In this document: one piece after another, positions 26,101 through 36,468 of the stretch
Numbering within the stretch: the first letter of the stretch is position 1
Layout: each line of letters opens with the position of its first letter
Source: Antedon mediterranea
Taxonomy: Eukaryota; Animalia; Echinodermata
Reading direction: 5' to 3'
DNA length: 64,000 bases
Assembly (NCBI RefSeq): GCF_964355755.1
Contig: NC_092670.1
Coordinates: forward strand, 32,352,388-32,416,387
Program-made: the position numbers and the translations under genes
The notes under the pieces: model-generated
The model's database searches: none
Told to the model about the DNA's origin: nothing
What the model saw: only the letters and a program-made list of their open reading frames with translations

Positions 26101-29100
26101 CATGAGTAGCAGTATGCACGTGTTACTAGCAGCTTGTGTCTGTGTCTGCCTCTATGTGTCAACAGTGTGCATGTGTTACTAGTAGCAACTTGTGTGCCAC
26201 TAGAAGCAATATGTGTCTGACACTAGTAGCAACATTATGTATGCAACTGTAGCAACATGTGTGTGTGTCCACCTAGTAGCAACATCTATGTGTCAACAGT
26301 GTGTATGTTTTACGAGTAGCAACTTGTGTGCCACTAGAAGCAACATGTTTCTGACACAAGTAGCAACATTATGCATGCCACTGTAGCAACATGTGTGTGT
26401 CCACCTAGTAGCAACGTCTGTGTGTCAACAGTGTGCATGTGTTACTAGTAGCAACTTTTATGCCACTAGAAGCAATATGTTTCTGTCACTAGTAGCAACA
26501 TTATGTATGCCACTGTAGCAACATGTGTGTGTCCACCTAGTAGCAACGTCTGTGTCAACAGTGTGCATGTGTTACTAGTAGCAACTTGTGTGCCACTTAA
26601 AGCAATATGTTTGTGACACTAGTAGCAACATTATGCATGCCACTGTAGCAACATATGTATGTCCACCTAGTAGCAACGTCTGTGTGTCAACAGTGTGCAT
26701 GTGTTACTAGTACCAAAATTGTGTATGCCACTGTAGCAACATGGGTGGAGGTGTGTGGTTGTGTCTGTCCTTCTACAGTAGTAGCAGTATGTATGTGTCA
26801 CTAGTAACAGAAACTGGATATTGCAAAATATAGCATGTCATGCCACTATTATAGCCAAATGCCGCTATGCAACAACATGCCTTAATATTATATGTAACAT
26901 ATGATTTATATAAATCTCTACAAATCTCTCTAGACCACCTTTATACAGTAGTGTGTTTTACAGTCATCATTTTGTTTATTCTGCTACTTGTTATAAACAC
27001 TTATTAATCACATTAATAGCCAATAAATACTCTAATGACAATTAACCTATCTCTTTCTACTTCAACCATTATTTACTACCTCCTTATATGGCTAATTTAC
27101 AGCAATTACACTGTCTGGCTTTTCAACATATTAATATTGTATATATACATAAGGTCTGTGTATTGTGTGTATGGATTGTCCATAATATATTTATAACATG
27201 TCTAAATTAATGTTTACATTTAATTTAAATGCAATTCAGTCATAACATCATATAATAAATAATCTTGAGAAGAAACCTCTATCTGGAGAGATGCCAACCT
27301 TTGGTTGAAATTGTAACAACAGGCAATATATTATGGAGACAGTTTGTAGGGTCTCATAGGAGAAGTATTGAGGGGAAAATATTTGGAACTGTTATGTAAA
27401 GTGTCAAACTAAAATTGGAAATTTAAAAAAAAGAAATACAAAAACTATTACTTAATAAATACTCACTCTTGTAGAGTTCACTTTTGTTACTTTTTACTTA
27501 TATTTGATATTTTTATTTTTATTGTTTTATTCGCTAATTAGATATTATTTAAAGGGTAATGTGTTTAGGAGCTTTGGCTCGTTGCATAGCCCATTTTGTA
27601 TCAAATACCATGTTTTCCGTTCATTTTGATTTAGATTAAACTAAGTGAAATATTCTTGTAAAAAAAATACTGTATATATATAATAGTGATACAAAATAAA
27701 TGATGTCTAGTGCCACAAATAATAATAATAGGTATCCACTTAATAGGAGTTGTACTGTACACAGTTTCTATAATGTCAGATTTATATCTGTATAAATCAT
27801 CTAACTTGTTATTCCCATGCAATAGACTAATGGCAGCCATGCAATATATTTATCATCCTTTTGAATTTGATAATATTAATAAAGCAGTCAATTTTTTAAC
27901 TCATGAAATATTCTCAAAATCATAAACATTCATTATTTGTATAATTTATAATTTATGTTTTTAGAATTATTTGATTGATTTGTTTGTGACACATATTTTA
28001 TAAATTATACAATTAATGAATGTTTATGATTTTGAGAATATTTCATTAAGTTAAAAAATTGACTGCTTTATTTTTTATACGTGATATTTAACCAATCAGA
28101 TTGCAAGAATACAATTAGGTGTGTTATAAATTATACTAACAAATTATGCAAAATTATAATGAAATGAATAATCTGTTTATAGGCAACATCTGCTCTGGAT
28201 ACAAAGACAGAACGAAACATTCAAGCATCGTTAAACAACGTGTGCAACAACCGGACAACAATTGTTGTCGCGCATCGTTTGTCAACAATCATCAACGCAG
28301 ATACGATCCTAGTTCTTCAGGATGGCATGATCGTAGAGCGAGGGCGGTAAGTCACAAAGGCCAAATTTAGAAATTGTTTCTAATCTGATTGATTATGTGT
28401 TTATTTTGTAAAAGGTTTTGCCTTAGGTGTTGTGAATAATTTCCGTTGCGGATTGAATGTATGTTAAGCCATGATTTTGCGGTTGTTTGATAGTATGATT
28501 AAACTCTTTGACCTGTTGAGAAGGTGCTAATCTTTCTATACATTATATCCTCGGGTTGTATCATAATATGTATTTTATTCAGCAGTATGTAATTGCATGA
28601 GATAACTGGTTTGTTTAAATGTAAAGCCTATTCGTAATGAAATTGAGTAATTTTATTTAATTTATTTACTTTCTCACTTTCAGTTTGAATGTAATGTAGA
28701 ATTTGATGGTTTTAGTTTTACAGATACAAGAACTAGTTTTGTTTCCTTTATCTATTTAATCAGCATTATATTAATACAATAATAATTTACAATACAACAC
28801 ATCAAAATAAACAATTTTGGGCAGGGACTGCTTAAGTATGTAACTTAAATCCAGACCTTTATTTAAAGAAATAATAAGTTAAAAACATCATTTTTTGGCC
28901 AAACATAAAAAAAATTATTTATAAAGCGAGGGAAAACCTTCATATGAATCTGAAATACCACCCAAAAAAGATTTGCTGCTTACAACTTGATATGCTTTGG
29001 TTTAGAAGATAGATGTTCTTATTCCTCATTAACATTGTTCCCAAAAGTAGCTGAAAATATCGTAATCTAACCTTTGATGGTTATGTCAAGCGCTGATGGT

Positions 29101-29642
29101 GTGGTCAACTCTGAACTGTGAAAGTTTTCTCTAAGAAGTAGATGCAGTGGCGTAACACAGACGCCTAGGGCTCCTGGTTTAGGAACCTTAAGTGGTCCTC
29201 CAACACTGGAGGCTAAAGAACATTTTTAGCCTTTTTTAAAAATATTGTAATGCCTGTTTTTTTCCTCTGGGACCTGTTCATGGCCCCCCATAAATCATGG
29301 GTCTCTAGTGAGTGAGCGCTCATAGCCGTTATGCAACTGAGTACCGGTAGATGTTTGTTGTTTCCTCTTTATCATTTCAAGTTAATTAAATTTCAGAAAT
29401 AAGTGGGCGGTTTAGAATTTATTCTGTGCTTGTGATGTTTATATAGAAATATAGTATATTAATTCTGTTTATTTATTTAGATATTTCAACTATTAATTTC
29501 CCCTTTATTTTACAGACATGATGAATTGATTGAGATGGGTGGAATTTATGAAAGTATGTGGCTATCACAACTTAGTGCCGATGATGAAATGGGGGATCAG
29601 TTGAACCCAGATGACAATGGCTCAAATAAGAAAGACAAATAA
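11116..29642 (+). CDS. ABCB6: ABCB6/HMT-1-type ABC half-transporter (TMD1+NBD core), 18 exons: 11116-11302, 14155-14256, 14702-14804, 16516-16605, 17192-17313, 17906-18015, 18373-18438, 18938-19063, 19481-19557, 20320-20383, 20775-20860, 23920-23977, 24607-24711, 24979-25052, 25415-25515, 25677-25789, 28183-28346, 29516-29642
   Basis: Exons traced by hand; splice phases are compatible throughout. The translation gives ABCB6-typical segments ([80 protein letters not shown]), Walker [11 protein letters not shown]-loop VVPQD, signature LSGGEKQR, Walker B/D-loop LLDEATSALD and H-loop AHRLST. Stop TAA at 29640-29642. Confidence 0.95.
13110..13935 (+). repeat. 145-bp tandem repeat (290-bp dimer) in an ABCB6 intron
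   Basis: GACCCTTGACCTACT recurs at 13116, 13261, 13406, 13551, 13746 and 13890; alternate units are more similar to each other. Confidence 0.85.
14871..15163. mobile_element. MITE-like element with ~40-bp inverted termini
   Basis: ttcctatgaggttaaggcagaaatcatgaataattcatta versus taatgaattattaatgatttctgccttaaccgcataggaa. Confidence 0.6.
15897..16160 (-). mobile_element. Deu/Nin-domain SINE
   Basis: The minus strand reads ggttcgag (B-box-like)...cttctcggataaggactataaaccgtaggtcc...ttaaagaacc...ttcgagacgagtagggggttaccccggtg, resembling the Deu domain of AmnSINE1-type SINEs as recalled. Confidence 0.7.
16254..16412. mobile_element. Small Harbinger-like MITE, copy 1
   Basis: TIR AGCTTTGTCTACACTA...TAGTGTGGACAGAGCT with TTA TSD. 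Same family as the copies at 24330, 29871 and 30476. Confidence 0.8.
19671..20060 (+). mobile_element. 5S rRNA-derived SINE (SINE3-type)
   Basis: The head at ~19671-19780 aligns to 5S rRNA (gtctgatc...aagttaagca...gggccctgttagaacttggatgggagacc...aatatcgggtgct) but is diverged and continues into ~280 bp of non-5S body instead of a T-terminator. Confidence 0.7.
20935..23210 (+). mobile_element. 5'-truncated CR1-group LINE with uninterrupted RT ORF, inside an ABCB6 intron
   Basis: ORF open to 23018. It contains the APE end (PLGRSDH), PWMT linker, [29 protein letters not shown] and [12 protein letters not shown]. The 3' UTR has a cagcc/ggctg hairpin and AATAAA at ~23202. The ORF-track start at 20883 is host intron sequence. 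Confidence 0.9.
24007..24323 (+). mobile_element. tRNA-derived SINE with CORE-like middle and L2-type tail
   Basis: A-box TGGCGCAGTG and B-box GGTTCGAATCC; middle ggcaagatac...ctctctccacccagatgtataaatgggtacc; tail tgtaaagcgc...gcgctatataaat followed by (TAT)n. Confidence 0.8.
24330..24521. mobile_element. Small Harbinger-like MITE, copy 2 (with internal insertion)
   Basis: Ends AGTTCTGTCTACACTATCAAAC...GTTTGATAGTGTAGACAGAG. Confidence 0.7.
25810..26810 (+). repeat. Complex satellite built on (T)AGTAGCAAC subunits, ~120-130-bp higher-order unit
   Basis: Repeated ccacctagtagcaacgtctgtgtgtcaacagtgtgcatgtgttactagtagcaac blocks within the GC-AG intron. Confidence 0.85.
27878..28072. repeat. Long near-perfect inverted repeat (~58-bp arms)
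   Basis: aataaagcagtcaattttttaactcatgaaatattctcaaaatcataaacattcatta versus taatgaatgtttatgattttgagaatatttcattaagttaaaaaattgactgctttatt. Confidence 0.8.
29145..29339. mobile_element. hAT-like MITE
   Basis: TIR CAGTGGCGTAAC...GTTATGCAACTG. 8-bp TSD AGTAGATG (29137-29144), whose right copy is interrupted by CCGGTA. Confidence 0.6.
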
Positions 29643-29870
29643 AGAGCAACATAGGCAAGAATAATGTTAAAAGTAAAAAATGATTGTCCCTTTGATAAGG
29701 TATGATACCTTTTCAATGGAAAGGGACAATCGACGTAAAGATTTTACATCTTTAAACACAACTAACATGCTCTAACCACATTTTCCAGAGCATTGATGAT
29801 TCCTTACTATATCCTCTTAAAGTTTCAGAAAAAAATGACCACTTCTCTGGTGTCCAACAGCCTAAACTAA

Positions 29871-30003
29871 AGCTATGTCTACATATCAAACTTTATGTGA
29901 CAAAAAAATGTGATGTGCCCATATATGGACATGATGATATCACTACCATATGTGGGTACATTACACTTTTTTGTCAAACTAGTTTGATAGTGTAGACAAG
30001 GCT
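29871..30003. mobile_element. Small Harbinger-like MITE, copy 3
   Basis: AGCTATGTCTACA...TGTAGACAAGGCT with TAA TSD. Confidence 0.8.
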
Positions 30004-30139
30004 TAAGAAACTGAAATAATGAAGCCTGGGTGTAATTTCAATTATGAGGTATTTAGTGCTTGTCTTACTACTAAGTATACAGGACTAGCATATCCTTTAT
30101 TTTGGAGAAAACAAACCTGAGATTGATTTTGTGATATAA

Positions 30140-30390
30140 TAGGGAAAGCTGAGTGTAATTTAAGGCGTTAATACTTGTCTGTATATACAAGACTAACATA
30201 TTGTTATCTTGACAGAAGAACTTGGGATAGATTTTGTAATGGAAGAAACTGAAATAGGAAAAGCTGAGTGTAATTTAAGGCGTTAATACTTGTCTGTATA
30301 TACAAGACTAACATATTGTTATCTTGACAGAAGAACTTGGGATAGATTTTGTATGTAAAAAACTGAAATAGGAAAAGCTAAGTGTAATTT
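30140..30390 (+). repeat. ~117-bp tandem duplication downstream of the ABCB6 stop
   Basis: aaagctgagtgtaatttaaggcgttaatacttgtctgtatatacaagactaac... is present twice, with a partial third copy. Confidence 0.8.
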
Positions 30391-30475
30391 CCAAATAATG
30401 AGGGGCACTGTTCTAACTAAATAGTAGCATGTCATTATCCTAGGGAAAAAACTTGATATAGATTTTGTGCTCTAA

Positions 30476-30616
30476 AGATCTGTCTACACTATCAAACTAG
30501 TTTGACAAAAAGGTGTGATGTGCCAAAATATGGTAGTGGTATGACATCACCATGTCCATATATGTGTACATCACATTTTTTGCCACAAAGTTTTATATGA
30601 TAGTGTAGACAGAGTT
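30476..30616. mobile_element. Small Harbinger-like MITE, copy 4
   Basis: AGATCTGTCTACACTATCA...TGATAGTGTAGACAGAGTT with TAA TSD. Confidence 0.8.
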
Positions 30617-30929
30617 TAAGAAAAGAAATATATATATTCATATGAATGGAAAATACTGTAAATATATGTAAAAACTGCTACAAATATTTTAATTTAATGA
30701 CTTAAGATTTTCTATTCTATTTTTGTTTATCATAATATTGGTGGTTTTAAGAGCTTCAGCTACAATTGGTGATTTTGAGCCCACAAAATACATTAGTACA
30801 GTATTTATAATTATATTAATTTTGGTATAAGCCTATAGTACACTTTTCTAGTTACTTTTACTTTTAACTATTACTTGAACCAGGTGTTCAGGTTAGGGTT
30901 GTATATAGATTTGAACAAATGTGTAAACC

Positions 30930-31880
30930 TAGACTACACTGGCAAACTTTAGTTTGAAAACTTTAAGCTTGTCAAGAAAAGTTTTCCAAAGTTTGCTATT
31001 GTAGGCCATCAAAAATCTTCAGCAAACAGTTTACAGTCGTAGACTTTAGTTTGCAAACTCGAGCAAACTGCGAGCTTGTCAAGTAAAGGTTTCCCAAAGT
31101 TTGCTATTGTAAACTACAGTAGTTGACAAAGTTCAGCAAACTGCAGAAAACAAGTTTGCAGTTACAATTCTACACTAGCAAAGTTTGGTTTACAAACTCG
31201 AGCAAATTGCGAGCTTTGTCAAGAAAAGTTTTCTAAAATTTGCTATTGTAAACTACAGTAGTTGACAAAATTCAGCAAACTGCAGAAAACAATTTTGCAG
31301 AATTCTACACTAGCAAACTTTGGTTTGCAAACTCGAACAAACTGCTGAAGCTTGTCAGGAAAAGTTTTCCCAGAGTTTGCTATTGTAGACTACATTAGTT
31401 GACAAAGTTCAGCAAACTGCAGAAAACAAGTTTGCTGAATTCTACACTAGCAAACTCGAGCAAATTGCGAGCTTTGTCAAGAAAAGTTTTCTAAAGTTTG
31501 CTATTGTAAACTACAGTAGTTGACACAATTCAGCAAACTGCAGAAAACAATTTTGCAGAATTCTACACTAGCAAACTTTGGTTTGCAAACTCGAACAAAC
31601 TGCTGAAGCTTGTCAGGAAAAGTTTTCCCAGAGTTTGCTATTGTAGACTACATTAGTTGACAAAGTTCAGCAAACTGCAGAAAACAAGTTTGCTGAATTC
31701 TACACTAGCAAACTCGAGCAAACTGCGAGCTTGTCAAGAAAGGTTTTTCCCAAAGTTTGCTAGTGTAGCCTACAGTAGTTGACTAAGTTCAAACAAACAA
31801 ACAAACTTCAGAAACCAAGCTTGTGGAATTCTACACTAGCAAATTTAGTTTCCAAACTCGAGCAAACCCGTAACTCGCTA
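30930..31880 (+). repeat. Satellite with ~120-137-bp units containing internal inverted repeats
   Basis: TCTACACTAGCAAA recurs at about 31170, 31304, 31441, 31562, 31699 and 31830, paired with inverted AGTTTGCTATTGTAG. Confidence 0.85.
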
Positions 31881-31933
31881 ACAAAAATTTGGTTTCATCT
31901 GTTTCAATACACTACAAAAATGTTGACTGGTTC

Positions 31934-32515
31934 AAAAGATTTCACATTTCCTTCCCTAGGTCAGGAACCGTGAAAAGATTTCACATTTCCTTCCCTAGGT
32001 CAGGAACCGTGTAAAGATTTCACATTTCCTTCCCTAGGTCAGGAACCGTGAAAAGATTTCACATTTCCTTCCCTAGGTCAGGAACCGTGAAAAGATTTCA
32101 CATTTCCTTCCCTAGGTCAGGAACCGTGAAAAGATTTCACATTTCCTACCCTAGGTCAGGAACCGTGAAAAGATTTCACATTTCCTACCCTAGGTCAGGA
32201 ACCGTGTAAAGATTTCACATTTCCTACCCTAGGTCAGGAACCGTGTAAAGATTTCACATTTCATTCCCTAGGTCAGGAACCGTGAAAATATTTCACATTT
32301 CCTTCCCTAGGTCAGGAACCGTGAAAAGATTTCACATTTCCTTCCCTAGGTCAGGAACCGTGAAAAGATTTCACATTTCCTACCCTAGGTCAGGAACCGT
32401 GAAAAGATTTCACATTTCCTTCCCTAGGTCAGGAACCGTGAAAAGATTTCACATTTCCTTCCCTAGGTCAGGAACCGTGAAAAGATTTCACATTTCCTAC
32501 CCTAGGTCAGGAACC
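31934..32515 (+). repeat. 39-bp minisatellite, ~15 near-identical copies
   Basis: Head-to-tail unit aaaagatttcacatttccttccctaggtcaggaaccgtg with no spacers. Confidence 0.95.
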
Positions 32516-35124
32516 ATAACATGCATAGAACAACAACAACAACACAATAATATTTTTATATTGTTATTTTCATAGTGTAAACAATATGGAAATATTAGCG
32601 CTAAAAACTGCTACTAACTACCTCTTAAACCTGCATCGCAATAGAAAATAGTAGTACAACTTGAATAGAAATATTTACCCAGCCAATTTATTTATTACGT
32701 TGACCATTGATAGAATTGACCCAGCTGATCTCCGGGTCAATTGTGGATACATACCATAAAACTGTAAGTACAATATAAAGTGTTTATGGACAAATAGGTT
32801 CATTAGCCCTGAGAATGTTGACAGTCGTAAATATTACAAATAAAGCTGGGGATTTTTTGTAAGTTATTTATAGAATAAAATAAGTATGATAAATATTTGA
32901 TAATTTATATTGAAATGACCGTCCAGGTCAATTGTGAAGTTATATATCATGTAACTAATATATTAAGTATGTACAAACTAGGTTCGTTAGAAATAAAGCT
33001 ATGTTTTTTGTAGGTTGTTTATAAAAAGAAACAATGTTTAAGAAATATATCTTAATTTATATTAAAATATGGATAGTTAAGACTTTAAAATGATGGTCGC
33101 CCTCCAAACCGTGATGTTTATTTTTGAACTGTATTTGTTAAATCCCTGTAGGATTAAGAAATCGCAGGAATCAAGAGGCAGTTTCCATGAAACAGACAAA
33201 GATATGACAAAAAATATATGTTCAGTAATTTACTACTACTGTACTATACTAAAAAGCTCTTGCTAGTTAAAAGCCCATTTACACTAGGATAATAACGATC
33301 GATAAATAGATAAAATATGCTTTTTTTCCTACATAAAACAAACAAACAACATTTATGATGCCTTTGATAAAAATATATTTTTTTAATCCAATCAAATGAC
33401 GTCACATAGTAAGATCAATTCTATCTCGTGACGATACAGCGATTTTATTGTTCTTATTGATCATGACGTCATTTGATTTTAGTGCATAAAGCTACGTTTG
33501 TATATATTTGTTCTAATATAATATAATAATATAACCATGGAGGTATTTATACCTCCATAATATAACTATACGATTAGTTTTAAACAAATATGTCAGATTT
33601 TAATGATGGCCAGTATCGACGGGCTACTATTTGTACTACGTAGAATTTGAATTCAATTTGATTTACTATTATAAGGTCTTCCCCACTCCACTTTCCTGTT
33701 TCCTCTATTTGTCAATGAATAATAACTAACAATTGTTTACAGATCTGGTATATAAGGTGTATGACTATTGTATAATAAGATTGTGTGTTTATCAGTTTAA
33801 AATACCTTTATTTTATGCTGAATTATTCGGCCTGTATTTGCGACACATTTGGATGTCATTAAATTAAAAGTCGATCTGTGAAACACATTAGTTTGCCACT
33901 GAATCGCAGATTATTTCGTGACCGTACAGACAGTACAGTATATTAAGATAATCACGTGGAATGCCTACACTAATGTTTGTAGGCCTATGAATTGTGTTAT
34001 ATTGTGTTATATTTAGTAGCCAACCTATACGTATTTAGGCATACCTGCACGTTGTAGGCCTATACGTATATTCGCCTTCACATAAGTAGTATAGGCTACC
34101 CGAATAAAAAGATACCACGCGTGAATTCTGGCAGGAGGTTGATCTACTCTTTTTTTTCAACGCAAAGAAAAAACTCTGGACAAGATGACATTCGAGTAGC
34201 ACGCACCCCTTCCATGGTCATAATTTGAATGTATGATATGAAAGAAAAATAAATAGGCTCAGTAAACTACAATTTAAGTTTATACCCTTGACCGTATGTG
34301 GTAATAATAGGCCTATGATATATTGAACAAATTGTCTTTATATCTACATTAAGAGTTTTAAATCAATACGTATTGCAATAGCATTACAATAGCGGTAATT
34401 TGTGTTAATCCGGTCTTGTTTGCATTAGTCGGGTTCAACGACCCCTGCAAAACGATTGATCATACACCGCGTGGTTTCAGGAACTTATTCGACCGCGCGG
34501 CGTTATTTATTTCAGCGGTGGCACTTGAGATGCATGTAATGCGTTTGTGTCACATGAGCAGCTTGAAAAAAATTAGTTTTAACGTGCGGCGCGGCGTCTT
34601 GCGTCGGTTTTAAAACCGCGGCGGTGTCTTTATTGTTATTGTATTTCATTGTTTGATGTTCTTTAATCATGATGTTTGCTAATTAAATGTTTACTTCTCA
34701 ATCGAATAAAACGTGAAGCCAATCTTGTAAATCGTCAACGTACGTAAATTGACAGATCGGTGCTTTTAAAAGATATAAATAAATATTGGACTTCCGCTGC
34801 TCTCCATATCTTTCGAAGAATTTAAACCTCGTCGAAGTATTAAGCGTTATCCCGACACGATTTGAGTCTCTGTGACTTTTAGTTTTGTCCACAATAAAAT
34901 GTGGTCGATTGTTCAAACGAAATCCACCCGGTTGACGGAAGTAAAAAGAGAGACATATATAGATATTATATATAACATTGAAAGTTAAAAATAACCTGCT
35001 AACTAATGGCTACGGGAAGTCATGACACTTACATCGGTGGTCTATTTTGTTAATAAATTAATATTTATCGCTCAATACGAATCACTCTTATAATAAAACA
35101 GAAAAATAACTGGGTTTGATCAAT

Positions 35125-35368
35125 TCAATCGTCAATCGAACAACAGGATGCTGAGCTTCGCAGATCAAAGAGTTTATCCGTGGCTGCGACATGATCAGTT
35201 CCATGCCCTATCAGGCACCCGTGCTCCGCGGAGATCAGGCACCGCGCTCCGCCGAGAATTTGTACAGTGCTCTTAGTATTGGTCGCAGCCAGACATAAGA
35301 TCAAGTGACTGTTAAGAGTTCCTATCTTGGCAAGGCGAGATCAGTGTCCTGTTTTTAGATTGCCTTGG
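35125..35368. mobile_element. Hairpin MITE family, copy A (homologous to 61041-61220)
   Basis: Shared core gtggctgcgacatg...gtcgcagccagacataagatcaa...ttcctatc.tggcaaggc...gtgtcctgtt..tagattgc. Confidence 0.6.
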
Positions 35369-36468
35369 TGTGATTTTGATAAAAAAAAAACATACAGGAA
35401 ACAAAAGTCCCTTGCACCTTGGTCGTTCTACGAGTTGGTGTAACGTCATCAATATCTGACTTAATAATAGCCATACGTTACCAACTTCGCTAAAGAGTTT
35501 GATAGTTTTCGATTGAAGCCTGCTGCGAGAAGTTTAAATGGCGGTAAAGTTTAAAGACACCCCAGCGCGACCTGGCGTGCCAGTGTGGATCTGGTGTCGT
35601 ACAGTCTAATTGATAAATGTGCTATATTGTGTATGACATGGGAAATTATCACCAACTGCCTGTCTTAATTTCTATAGGTATGTTCACACAACAAATCATG
35701 CAGCAATATAGTACGTGGGTTAGTCTAGGTTCTAGACGAACGGAGTTTAGACTTAATAATAGTAAAGATAAATATTTTGGCACATGTGGCGTTTCATACG
35801 TATACTACTTGAGCTTGTAAACTGTAGTTTTCAGACAAACATCAACATGCCGACTGGTGGACTAAAAAGGAACAAAAACAACAGACTTTGGGAAAGTCTA
35901 TACGTGGATCTAAAAATTACTCAACCGGAATTCTGTTTGAACAGGTATAACGATATTGCAAATCACGTCCTAGTAGGCCTACCCCTTTTACACTATCACT
36001 GTAACAGCGGTGTAACCCCGCAGTTGTTACACTATCACTGTAACAGCGGTGTAACCCCGCAGTTGTTAGTACACCGGGCCGTTAAACGCCGGTGTTGTGG
36101 TTTTTATTGACTGGTGTAAATGGGAAAATCCAACCACCCCGGTGTGCTCTCCCCGGGGTGAAACAAAGCTGAATGTTTTCCGGTCCGGAGTAACGAAGTG
36201 TAAACGGTTTTTGTGGTTCAACACCGAGCTGTTAAAGGTCATTGACGTGAAAATGTAACATGTTGTCACAGAAATACAATATATTATGCAAAAAAAATAG
36301 GTTTTTTGCTTAAAATACCCTTTTTTGCTTAAAATAATAATTGTACGATATATTGTGCTGTTCGTTATTTTCCTTTCTGCTGAAAATATTGAAATTGTTC
36401 GTGTGCTTTCTACCTTACCAGAAGGCCTAAAATAATGTAATATTGGTGTAACTCTACCCTGGCCGATT

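Noticed and set aside
31934-32515. CRISPR-like array, or the 97-aa repetitive ORF 32282-32575
   Set aside because: Units are head-to-tail with no unique spacers, in eukaryotic DNA with no cas genes. The ORF exists only because the 39-bp unit is a multiple of 3.
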